DNA of 64,000 bases from assembly GCA_028023455.1 (NCBI GenBank), contig JAQFVV010000009.1, positions 930,001 to 994,000 on the forward strand, read 5' to 3'. This DNA comes from Epiperipatus broadwayi. Lineage: Eukaryota; Animalia; Onychophora. Position 1 is the first letter of the stretch. Each line of letters opens with the position of its first letter. Under the pieces are notes generated by a model, which saw only the letters and a program-made list of their open reading frames with translations, had not been told where the DNA came from and searched no databases. Of this stretch, positions 28,001 through 39,378 are shown one piece after another. The position numbers were made by a program, and so were the translations under genes.

Positions 28001-28600
28001 GTTTTGAGTCATTTTTCTTGTGTGCTAAATAAAAGTGTATTTGCATAATACTTGCAATACGTTCTTGAGTCCAAAATCATTTATGAAATCTTAAATTCAA
28101 TACACCAGATAGACAATTGTAAGCAGATCAGAATATTTCAGTATATTTTAATTTAATAAGAATTATTTATGGAATTGAAAACTTCAGACCAACACATTTT
28201 ATTTTATGTGTGTGTAAAATCACTTTCTTCCCAAACTACCAACTTTGGTTGCACATTGTTAAGTACACCTTTAAGTGAAGTGTCTAAGTAATAAATCTTA
28301 GTGAAATTATTGTGTTGTCATGGATAATGGAAGGACACAAAAGCACCCTTGTCTTTTCATCATTCCGACTGAGATTCTGGATTAAAAGGGGCTGTATTAT
28401 TCAAAATTATGCGTTGTTATTGAATATGGTTATCATCTCGTTAAATATTATAATAGTTGATATGTGGATGAAGACACCTGGAATTTAAGTAAAGTAAATG
28501 TTTCCTATAGCCGACCAGAATGTCAGTCATATGCGACAACACAATACTGCCGAGCATTTTATTAAATATAACAGAGAACCCTGAGATTAGTGTCATTATT
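25080..28600 (-). mobile_element. Heavily decayed APE-RT non-LTR retrotransposon relic (tentative)
   Basis: Minus-strand fragments in LINE order: TDILVG/(Q)ETF (~28510, DILxLQET-like), DFINDFGLKN...YTF (~28080), DIDHIY (~27330, xIDYI-like), LNKLGKEKIAALDV..NFGIQETIHIL..IFDDR (~26000-26130, RT-like). Many stops and frameshifts. Confidence 0.45.
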
Positions 28601-29208
28601 ATAAGTGCTCTTAAATTAAGAATTGATTAATTATGATCAATATTACAAGTGTGGCATGGCTTAAGAGATTGAAACTTCTAATTGTATAATAATAAAATAT
28701 TGAGAGCATATTGGCAAATTAATAAATGTTTTGTTTTAGTCAGTAATATTAACAATGACATGAAATCATCATCATCATTGTCGAACAGTGCAAGTACTTA
28801 CAGCTCAGAGAATGTGTTTTGGATAGAGAAAGAATATTAGTTTTTTTTTTTTTTTATTTTATTAATGATAAATTTTTTTTAATTCTATCTCTGTCTGAAC
28901 TGCATATCGCTGTAGCTGAATTATTATTATAACTAACCACACGTCGAGCTATATTAGGTAAAATATACGAATTCTCTTACCATTCCTATAAGGAAACGGA
29001 TAGGCTTCCGAGTGGATTTCATAGAATTATCGCTTCGTTTTATTAGATTAGAATATACACGAATAAAATCTTTTGTGTTATTAATACTGGCAGTGATCTA
29101 GTTTATTTTTTTAATCTTTATTAAAGATATATTTTAATAAATATGTTTTAAACCTCTGCTACTCCATGAGCTAGTGGCAAGGGTTGATGGTCAATAAAAT
29201 AAAAATTG

Positions 29209-29328
29209 GATCTTTAACAGTATGTATCTGCCTACTATATAAATTTTCCAGGTTCAAATAGCCTGGTGGTGCCCTGTACAGCAGATACGGTAAGACTTAA
29301 ACTTCCAATTCACCCCGACCATTATAAT
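29209..29328. repeat. Inverted partner of 19368-19481
   Basis: Ends TCACCCCGACCATTATAAT, the near reverse complement of ATTATAACAGTCGGGGTGA at 19368. Confidence 0.85.
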
Positions 29329-31237
29329 ATATATATATACACTTGCTCAGTACTATTTCTCAGGGTAAGTGGTGAACAAAAAAACAAAATCAATAATTCA
29401 AATTTGTGAGAAGTGAGATATGGAGATAACTGAACTAAATAGATTAGAACTTAATATAATTTATTCATAACAAATATATTATGTCAATAAAAACTCAATC
29501 ACAAATTTAAAACAAAATAATAAAAAAATACAGGAAAATAATATATAAATATAGATGAAAACCTTCTCCCCCTTTTTTTTTTCTATTTACAAAAAGATAT
29601 ATGTTTACTTACATATGTACACACAGCTATTTGAAAAAGAATTTAAAATCAAGATTCTTTTAATAAAGTTTCTACAATACACATGTATATTCATATAATG
29701 AATTCAACAATTGTATTTATATAATTAAAATATGAAATCAAGAGATTAAATATATTTCCATCAAAAATTTAAAATGTCACTACCTATACACATATTTATA
29801 TTAATTCAAATTTTAGATGTAAATTACAAGGGACTTAAATACAGATTTTCAACCCTCAGCCATCTGCCCTATTTCATACAATTCAAACACACCACCACCC
29901 ACATGTGAAAAAGATAAATGATCTTCAATATATGTATTTCATGCTGAACCAGAATTAATTAGTTGGTCCAGATCATCTCCCACAAACATATATAATAAGT
30001 ACTCAGTTTATATTAAGATAGCAAATCTAATTTTAATGGACAGGCTTCAATCTACTCCACCCTCTAACTTTTCCGCCATCCATACCATTGAAAATCTGAT
30101 GATGAAATCCCAAATCCTCCAAAACATATAAATTATGCTTGTATTCAATCAAATATTAAGTCAAATTTCGTATTAAAAAAAAAATCTTATTTCCAGGTAA
30201 ACAGTTTTTTTTGACACACATTTAAATGATAAAAGTGGATAAATATCTATAGTTAGTTTGTTTTAAAAAATAAATAAATTCCAATCCATTCTGCCTCTTT
30301 TACTCTTCTCTTTTTATTGATGACAGGCTCAGGACTTCAAGCATCTTCTTTACGGGTAAAAATCATAAAAAACAGGCTTCTGATGGTGCAAGGATTTCCT
30401 CCATTTATACAGATATCTTCATAGCGTCTTTTCAACAGTCAGGTATTTTTTTAAGCAGGCAGTCAGGAATAGAATCACATGATTATGAGAGGGATAAGGT
30501 ACTCTAGAAATCCTTCCATATGGTTTTCTTTTATTAACTTGTTCATCAGCATTCTGTCTATGTAATACTTCACATTCCACATAATAATAAAATTTACTCC
30601 TTGGGGTTGATCCTGCAATGATTAATTATAGTTATAAGTTACACTACCAATGATCTAGAGTTTTTTTTTAGAGCTTCAACTGAAACTCTTTCTTATCCAA
30701 ATTTCTAGTAAGAAGCACATGTATTTTAAGAGTTAAAACACAATCTACCATTTTCTCTCTGGAAAAAATCACCAAGAAATATTTCTATCTTGACTAAAAA
30801 AATTTCAAAAACCAACTCAATTTTTATTTTTTTAAAATCCTATTATAACAACATGAAAAAGATACTTGCTGCCCTTGTTTTTATCTATACTTTTTATATG
30901 TTTACTTACCTAATAAGTTATCTAAATAATAGAATGACAAATATGTTACAGGTCACTGAAAAAAATAAACTAATCAATCAATATTTTCAAAATCATTGAC
31001 ATAGTTAGGAGAAAAACAAAATTCCTTTCTCTCAAATAAAGTAAAAAAATCCTCAACAATTTTTACTTTTAAAACTTCTAATCAAATTCTGACATTATTT
31101 AATAAAAAAAAAAAAAAAATTTTTAATTGTGGATTGATTAAAATAGTAATAGTTTTCTGTAAATCACGGGCAACACACATACATACAAAATATATTTGAG
31201 TAATACATTTTTATTATATTAACAAAAACTTATAAAC

Positions 31238-31250
31238 ATCATGTGTGTGT
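31238..31250 (+). repeat. Left copy of putative 13-bp target-site duplication of the composite PLE insertion (right copy 35614-35626)
   Basis: ATCATGTGTGTGT occurs at 31238-31250 and immediately after the end of the plus PLE arm at 35614-35626. Confidence 0.65.
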
Positions 31251-31487
31251 TTTTCTGAAGGTTTGTGATGCTGGTGTTCTAGCTGTATTTTAATATTGGA
31301 CTATTTCCATCATCTAATTTGTGTGTTGAATGTCTTAAGAAAAGTTTAATTTTAGTTAAATATTCCAAATGCATTCAACTATTAGTAATATCACAGCAAA
31401 CAGGTTAGTATATGCACCAACTGTTAATAATATCACAGCAAACAAATATTAGTAATATCACAGCAAACAGGTTAGTATATGCACAAT

Positions 31488-31519
31488 GTTTCGAAAGATA
31501 TTTTTTCCCTCTTCTTCAG
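31488..31519 (-). ncRNA. Hammerhead-ribozyme-like core (partial) in PLE tail
   Basis: Minus strand CTGAAGA-A-GAGGG-AAAAAATAT-CTTTC-GAAAC: CUGANGA and GAAA cores around a weak helix II. Helix I and the cleavage triplet could not be resolved by eye. Confidence 0.45.
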
Positions 31520-31545
31520 GTGTTGCTGGCCTGACCAGTGACAGT

Positions 31546-31630
31546 ACTAGCATGGGATTCGAACCTGGGTCCTTAGAATCTTGATAATTGAATTTTAAGG
31601 TAATGCTCTAACCAATTGAGCCATCCTGTC
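31546..31630 (-). promoter_or_regulatory. tRNA-like Pol III internal promoter (A box + B box) in the 3' tail of the minus PLE copy
   Basis: Minus strand reads GACAGGATGGCTCAATTGGTTAGAGC...GGTTCGAATCC; A box at 31612-31623, B box at 31555-31565. Confidence 0.7.
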
Positions 31631-33632
31631 AAAGGCAACAGTATGTAGTAATTTCATATACTTATCTATGAGGTTCCTCCTGATTTCTCCACTTTTTCCT
31701 CAGAGCAAAGTTGATTAGCGGTTTCCATACATTATGTATAGTCACACTAGGTTGGCTTATGTGATTTTTTGCCATTATCATGTGAGCAGCTTCTTTAAAT
31801 TTTCTTCTTTGTCCAATATTTTTGTATTTTCCCAATTGAACGTATGTTCATTGGTCCATACATGGTCTGCTACCTTAGACACATCAGTTTTTTTTCTTCT
31901 AATCATCAGTTTATGTTTTTGCAAGCACTTTTGAATAGGATGGCTGGTTTCACCAATATATGTTCTTCCACATTCACATGGTATTTCATAGATGCATTTT
32001 TTTCTTTGTAGCAATTCAAGTTTAGGCTTTGTAGATGTTAGAATTCCTCATAGTGTGGTATGGCTCTGGAAAGCTGTTCTGATGTTATACTGTTTGCAGA
32101 TTTTCCTTAATTTGTCTGCTATTTTTGGAATGTATGGATACACTACAGTACCAATAATAGTCTTTTCTCTTGGTGGTTCTTTTTGTTGTCTATTTAATGT
32201 TTTCTTAATAACAGCTGATGGATAACCATTTTTCTTAAGAGTTTGTTCTATATAGATCTTTTCTTTTTCCAAATCGCCAGTTTCTGAACAAACTTCTTTT
32301 GCTCTGTTCCACAGTGATAGTATAACTCCATGTTTTGTGTTTCTGGTGTGATTAGATGTATAGGCTAGGTATTTTCCTGTATGTGTAGATTTTTGGTAAA
32401 CTGTAGTTTTGATTTTGCCATGAGGCAGTCTTGTCACAAGAACATCTAAGAATGCCAATTTTTGTTCTTGTTCTGGTTCTATTGTAAATTTAATTGAAAG
32501 GGATATGTTGTTGATGTGTATCCAGAAAGTTTGTAACAATATGCTTCACCATGCAGCCATACAACAAATGTATCATCCACATAGCAAAGCCAAACTTTAG
32601 GTGGATAAGGAGTACTATTTATGGCTGTAGTTTCCATGTAAATATTGCTAATCATGGGAGACAATGGTGAGCCCATAGCCATTCCTTGATTTTGTTGGAA
32701 GAATTCTGTGTTATATTGAAAGTAGGTTGTTTTTATACAGAATGTTAATAGTTCCATTATGCTATCAATAGGAATAGCTGTTCTGGTTTGTAAACTATTA
32801 TCATCATTTAATCTTTTCCTTACAATAGACAATGCTTCTTCACATGGTACATTTGTGAATAAACTTTCCAGATCAAAGCTTACCAGTAAGTCAGTTCTTT
32901 CAATTTTCATGTTCTTGATTAATTCTACAAAGTGTCTAGAATCCCTGACAAATGATTGGGTCTTGAATGCCAAGGGACTTAGAACTTTGAGGAGAAATCT
33001 TGCCAAATTCTGGCAAGGTGAATCTCTAGAACTAACAATAGGTCATAATGGAACATGATCCTTATGGATTTAAGGTAGACCATAAAGATGAGGAATTTTG
33101 CTGAAATACGATGTTATTTTACTCTTTTCTGAATCCGTGAAGTACTTGCAATGCTTTCTGAGTAATGCTTGTAATTTTGTTTCCGTACTTGGTATTGGAT
33201 CTTTTGCCACTTTTCTATATTGGCCTGCTGTGAGGAGTTCTTGTATTTTGTTGTCGTAATCAGTTGTATCCATTACAACTGTTGCATTGCCTTTATCAGC
33301 AGGAAAAATAATTAGATTTATCTGCTTTGAGAGATTTAATTGCTTTCTTCTCCCCATAGAATATGTTTGACTGCAATTTTTGTTGCTTGTCAAGTGTTCT
33401 TTTTATTCTCCAGCATAATTCTGCTGCTTCTTCTAAAGGCAATTTTTGAGTGACTTCCTCAGAGTCTGCCATAATAAGAGGATATTAGATGGTGTTATAG
33501 CAAAGTTTAAATCTCTTTCAAGAACAGAAATTTCAGTATATTAGATGTTTAGAACTTAGATTTTTACCAGATGATGCTGTTACATTGCTTGGTACATTAT
33601 TTTTGATATGCCCATGTAGGTTAGCAAGTTTC

Positions 33633-33869
33633 TTCTTATGACATTCTTTTATTTTTTCATGTAATATAGAACATGATCTTCTTACTGCTTGAAAAACTCT
33701 CATGTAATCATCATCAGTAAGTTTATTTTTTAGAAGACATTCTACATTATTTCTTATGACATTCTTTTATTTTTTCATGTAATATAGAACATGATCTTCT
33801 TACTGCTTGAAAAACTCTCATGTAATCATCATCAGTAAGTTTATTTTTTAGAAGACATTCTACATTATT
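33633..33869. repeat. Two-copy tandem duplication inside PLE, 118-bp period
   Basis: TTCTTATGACATTCTTTT...GACATTCTACATTAT starts at 33633 and 33751; essentially identical. Confidence 0.9.
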
Positions 33870-35250
33870 AATTGAATGCATTGTTTGATACTTAGAATGA
33901 GCATTTATTCTTTCTCTTAATAGAGCTTCACTTGCTGAGTAATTTTCTCAGCTCTCTGAGAGTGAATTGGAGGCTTTAGTTGCAAACCTTTAGGAATTAT
34001 CTTTGGTGTGGAAAGTTTATTCACAAATGTACCATGTGAAGAAGCATTGTCTATTGTAAGGAAAAGATTAAATGATGATAATAGTTTACAAACCAGAACA
34101 GCTCTTCCTATTGATAGCATAATGGAACTATTAACATTCTGTATAAAAACAACCTACTTTCAATATAACACAGAATTCTTCCAAAAAAATCAAGGAATGG
34201 CTATGGGCTCACCATTATCTCCCCTGATTAGCAATATTTACATGGAAGAACTTGAAACCACAGCCATAAAAAATACTTCTTATCCACCTAAAGTTTGGCT
34301 TCGCTATGTGGATGATACATTTGTTGTATGGCCGCATGGTGAAGCATTGTTACAAACTTTCTGGACACACATCAACAACATATCCCCTTCAATTAAATTT
34401 ACAATAGAACAAGAACAAAAATTGGCATTCTTAGATGTTCTTGTGATAAGACTGCATCATGGCAAAATCAAAACTAGTTTACCGAAAACCTACACATACA
34501 GGAAAATACCTAGCCTATACATCTAATCACACCAGAAACACAAAACATGGAGTTATACCCTCACTGTGGAACAGAGCGAAAGAAGTTTGTTCAGAAACTG
34601 GTGATTTGGAAAAAGAAAAGATCTATATAGAACAAATTCTTAAGAAAAATGGTTATCCAGCAGCTGTTATTAAGAAAACATTAAATAGACAACAAAAAGA
34701 ACCATCAAGAGACTATTATTGGTACTGTAGTGTATCCATACATTTCAAAAATAGCAGACAAATTAAGGAAAATCTGCAAACAGTATAACATCAGAACAGC
34801 TTTCCAGAGCCATACCACACTATGAGGAATTCTAACATCTACAAAGCCTAAACTTAAAATGCTGCAAAGAAAAAACTGCATCTATGAAATACCATGTGAA
34901 TGTGGAAGAACATATATTGATGAAACCAGCCATCCCATTCAAAAGTGCTTGCAAGAACATAAACTGATGATTAGAAGAGAAAAAACAGATGTGTATAAGG
35001 TAGCAGCCCATGTATGGACCAATGAACATATGTTCAATTGGGAAAATACAAAAAGATTGGACAAAGAAAAGGTACAAAGAAAATTTAAAGAAGCTGCTCA
35101 CATGACAATGGCAAAAAATCCCATAAGCCAACCTAGTGTGACTATACATAATGTATGGAAACCTCTAATCAACTTTGCTCTGAGGAAAAAGTGGAGAAAC
35201 CAGGAGGAACCTCATAGATAAGTATATGAAATTACTACATAGTTGCCTTT

Positions 35251-35335
35251 GGCAGAATGGCTCAGTTGGTTAGAGCATTACCTTAAAATTCAAGTATCAA
35301 GATTCTAAGAACCCAGGTTCGAATCCCACGCTAGT
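35251..35335 (+). promoter_or_regulatory. tRNA-like Pol III internal promoter (A box + B box) in the 3' tail of the plus PLE copy
   Basis: TGGCTCAGTTGG (35258-35269) within a perfect D-arm GCTC-AGTTGGTTA-GAGC; GGTTCGAATCC (35316-35326). T-stem and acceptor stem do not pair, so this is not a functional tRNA. Confidence 0.75.
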
Positions 35336-35361
35336 ACTGTCACTGGTCAGGCCAGCAACAC

Positions 35362-35395
35362 CTGAAGAAGAGGGGAGAAAAATACCTCTCGAAAC
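35362..35395 (+). ncRNA. Hammerhead-ribozyme-like core (partial) in PLE tail
   Basis: CTGAAGA-A-GAGGGG-AGAAAAATA-CCTCTC-GAAAC: conserved core boxes with a 6-bp helix II (one G-U). Helix I and the NUH site are unresolved. Confidence 0.5.
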
Positions 35396-35397
35396 AT

Positions 35398-35538
35398 TGT
35401 GCATATACTAACCTGTTTGCTGTGATATTACTAACAGTTAGTGCATATACTAACCTGTTTGCTGTGATATTACTAACATTTGTTTGCTGTGATATTACTA
35501 ACAGTTGGTGCATATACTAACCTGTTTGCTGTGATATT
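35398..35538 (+). repeat. Composite tandem repeat in PLE tail (4 copies of TGTTTGCTGTGATATT; 3 copies in the minus arm at ~31381-31485)
   Basis: Units GCATATACTAACCTGTTTGCTGTGATATTACTAACA(GTTAGT) read directly from sequence. Confidence 0.9.
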
Positions 35539-36849
35539 GAATGCATTTGGAAAATTTAACTAAAAGTAAACTTTTCTAAAGACATTCAACACACAAATTA
35601 AATGATGGAAATAATCATGTGTGTGTATACCTATATAAATCTACAGACATAAATATTATTTCCACTTTATATTCTGATTCTTTATTTACAAAAAAATCTA
35701 GATGCATTTTATGAATGTAGGTAATTTTATGGAAAGAGCAAGATGGTAACAAACTTGTGGAGAAATTTGATCAACATCAATATGAAGGAATCATGGATAT
35801 CTTAATTTTATATTATAGAGATTTCAGGGTCGAATGAAACATATTACTATATTATTTTCTTATGGAAAATTTATCTACTAGGCTATATCACAATTGTTAA
35901 ACCACTGTCTCAGAAAGAAAAGATTTAATCATTGGCATAAAGATATTTCATCAAGAATCTACTGATATTCATTGCAGTAAAGTAGTGCAACCTTCACATC
36001 ATTACAATAGATGTAACCTTGCCTATGAATAATTTGAAGCTATTTAGCATCAACACAATAAATGACTTATCCATCAAAAACCATTAGTTTTGCCAACTTT
36101 CTTGGTTGTTGCATGAATGCAAGATGAGGAACTAAGCCAAATGAGCTTTGCTCATTTTAGATTATATGAATAATGCCTATGAATAGAGAAATGATGGAAA
36201 ACTTGCAACAGTGCCACAGAATATTCTGACTACAAATGGGTCTCAAACCAATTACAAAATCCTCATTAATTTATACAGGAAGTATACAAGATCCAAGCAA
36301 ACATAACTCTGTTTTCCTAAATATCCCATTCAAACTTATTTCATTGCTTATTATAGATTAGTATCTATCTAATTAATCACACAACCTTTTAGTTTCTAAT
36401 AATTCTTTTAATCTGAGATGTAGTTGTATGTTTTATAGTGACAATTATTATTCTGTTTGAGACAATTTTTTTTTCTTTATTACCTTAAGTCACAAGAAGT
36501 AGGTGATCATATCAGAATTTTGAAACACAGGAAAATTTTACAAAGACACTGTGATACTCGTAAGATGTTTTACAACACTTGGGTATTGGTAATCAAGGCT
36601 CATTTTAACTATGTCTACTTAATTATTACCCTTTCGTTTTCTTTCCATTAATAGTTATGGACTTGACTTCTTCTAGCTCCTTTTCTAATAGGCCATTTCA
36701 TTATTACCTCTTTTTTCCACATTTCCATAGCATTGATACTAACAATTTATTTCACTTTGTGTGATGGTTTATTTTGCTGACTCTGAAAGCTTATGCCTAC
36801 AACATTTAATAATTCTGCCACTTGTTCAGTACTTTTTATCTATGGTTAA

Positions 36850-38100
36850 CATCTATTCTATTCACAAAGGCAAAGTGTGCCTATCTGAATAATCTAACCA
36901 GTCATATTACAGATATTCGACATTCTTTGACTGGCCACTCATCTCCTGAAAAACTGAATAATTTTCTCCAGAATCAGTTTTAATTTTTTCTTGTATTATT
37001 TGGTAGCAGATGATCTCTTGACATTCCTCAGTCCAGAAATTGCTCAACAAAACTTCTCAATAACTTTAAGAAGTTTTTGATCTGTTAAACAGTGTCCCAT
37101 CAAGATTGAGCTTTCTCTTGCAAATATTGCATGCTATTGTTCTCTTTGAACCTAGGATTAAGATGGAAATAGTTTCTCTAACTTTTTAGATGTTCTGCAG
37201 GAGCTTCATCAGATTTGACCTTCGAATATCCCATTTTTAAAAACTGTTTCATATTGGGATGTTTGACATAACTTTCTTTCTTTCCTTAAATGGCTCTAAG
37301 TTGTAATTTTTAATCATTTCCTTCCCATTTTGACCCAGAGTTCATTTTTTACTTTCTGAATTTCTTCACCCCATCTAGTCAGTCTTTTTGCTTCTGTTAT
37401 TTCTTTTTCTCATGCTGTTATTCTCAACTTCATCTTTTCTTTTATGAATTCCTGCCATACTTCCATCATTTTTCCTTTCATATTCTAAAACTTGGATTTC
37501 AACTTTTTCCATCCTCCCTATTTGCCCTTCTTTTATCAAAGTTACAATTTGACATTTTGTTAATGATTGTTTTTCTATGCCATGAATTTTCTTATTGACT
37601 CTTTGCATTTCCATGAATTTATCATCATTCTTCAACACTGTCTCATTAATTTCTTTTAACTTAACAACAAAGCTTTGTTATCTTTCTTCCAGGTTCTGAA
37701 TTTTTTGGTTCATGCTTTCCTGCATATTCTTAAACACTTCATCCCTCTTGTTCTTTATATCTTCAGTATTTTGTAGCCTGTTATCAATACTTTGTTTCCA
37801 TATTTTGAAGTTTTCTATCCACATCACTCATATTTTTCCCGCGTATTTTGGGGTTGTGAATCCATATTATTCATATTTTGGAATTTTGTGTCCATATTTT
37901 TGATCAATACACACATTTTCATATCAAATGTGCCTGGCATCTATTCTGACACTTTTTGTAATGTGTGAATCTGATTCTTGATTTCTCAGCTCTGGTACCA
38001 TTGGCTATACTGGATCTTGTATTTCAACTTATTCCATTTTTGGAAAATTAAAATTCTGATATACTCTGATTTTGCTCCATTCTTTTTGAATGAACTCATT
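36850..38100 (-). pseudogene. Old, decayed Ty3/Gypsy gag relic related to the gag at 44617-45186
   Basis: Minus-strand ~36925-37065 gives Y*EVLLSNFWTEECQEIICYQIIQEKIKTDSGENY/IQFFRR*VA, which aligns with YEKALKKTFWNEEQQENIKMRIINQKFSEKGKDNHIRFFRRQVA. An upstream coiled-coil-like ORF lies at 37375-37638. Confidence 0.7.
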
Positions 38101-39378
38101 ATCATTTAAAATATATATTGTCTCTTAGATTTAATATCAGTTTATATCTTAATTTTGATTTATTTTTAAAAATACACCGATATTTGAAAGATTGTGTTAT
38201 TTTTATTGATTTTTTTTCATTTTTATATATTTAAAAGTATTTTACAATAACCTATATAAACTTTTGGTGATTTGTGTAGTTTATATAAATTCAGAGAAAT
38301 AAAACAAACTTTGAAAAAACTCAACAATTCTGAATTAACAAGTATTAAAAATAACATATAATTAATTTTATTAAATATAAAATTATTAATAATTTATTAT
38401 TTTTTTACATATAAAGTGTCTGTCTTTTATCTCAAAAACAAATAAATGATTTTTTTTTTAATGTACAATATAATTGTAAAAATTTCAGATTACTGAATTT
38501 CTTTCCTTTACCAGCAGGAGTAATCCTGTAGCCAAAATATTCTTCAAAAGGAATAAACATAAAATATTTAGATAATAATTTTATTGCAGCTTTGATTAAA
38601 CTTACCAAATTGTCACTATTGGTAAAAAATTCAAAACTTTGACGTTTTTTTATATAATTCAGATAATCTATATTTGATCAATGATTTTTGAAAGAATCAA
38701 TGTGTGATAAATCACTTCTAGCAAAAACTTTTAAACCAACATGAGGCATGATTAAATATTGATCAACTTCCTGTATATAGTACTATTATATCAAGTATTC
38801 AAGAACAACTCAGAAAGATGTTCTTTCTGGAAGTACTAGCTAAAGTAAAACATTTTCATTAATAAAATGCGTTATAACTCAGAACAAATAGATATTTATA
38901 TAAGTGTAGAAGTTTTATGCCACTTTATTGCTTTACCAGGAAGAAAAACTCTTAAAACCAAAATATGCATTCAATGTACACAATTTTCATAGAAAATTAA
39001 AATTATAAAATATTACAATCTATGTTTGATCGATTGAAATTAATTTAATACATATCCCACAAACTGACAATCCATCAATAGAAAAAAAATACTGTATTTT
39101 ATCTTATCATAAGAAATGATATTATATAAAGATATTTTGCAAGCTGTAAAATTATTTGTATTAGAATGCATTGTAAAATGTTTTGGAATTTGTAGCATTA
39201 TCTCTTTATGAAGGCATAAGTTTAATATCAAAATTGTGGCTTTATAGTATTAAATTTACAGATCTATTACTGATATTAATTTTGTTTTTAAATACGATAA
39301 AATTTGTCCAATATTTTAAATGTGATGTATTGTAACTACTTCTTAATGGGCATCATCCTTAATAGATATTATTGCTAT

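Larger units (their letters stand above)
31251..34009 (-). mobile_element. Penelope-like element (Penelope/Poseidon type), RT + GIY-YIG, frameshifted pseudogene, 5'-truncated
   Basis: Minus-strand ORF pieces: IIPKGLQLK; IIFPADKGNATVVMD...IPHLYGLP; LVSFDLESLFTNVP...QGMAMGSPLSP...YVDDTF; VYQKSTHTGKYL...H..KHGVI; CIYEIPCECGRTYIGET (GIY-YIG); H....H.FNWENTKIL. Confidence 0.95.
34010..35613 (+). mobile_element. Second, more 5'-truncated Penelope-like copy, head-to-head (inverted) relative to 31251-34009
   Basis: ORFs 34008-34526 (ESLFTNVP...QGMAMGSPLSP...RYVDDTF), 34459-34788 and 34859-35221 (CIYEIPCECGRTYIDET); 34010-35613 is the near reverse complement of ~31302-32868. Confidence 0.95.

Noticed and set aside
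30330-30530. Possible mariner transposase remnant on the minus strand (SCDSIPDCLLKKYL)
   Set aside because: Only weak similarity to the YSPDLAPxDF motif and no TIRs found.
35251-35335. Functional tRNA gene in the PLE tail (also 31546-31630)
   Set aside because: D-arm and boxes are intact but the T-stem, acceptor stem and anticodon arm do not pair; treated as a tRNA-derived promoter module.
35700-36400. Possible piggyBac-like fragments (FQGRMK, GIKIF)
   Set aside because: Motifs are too short, in inconsistent frames, and there is no TTAA or TIR support.
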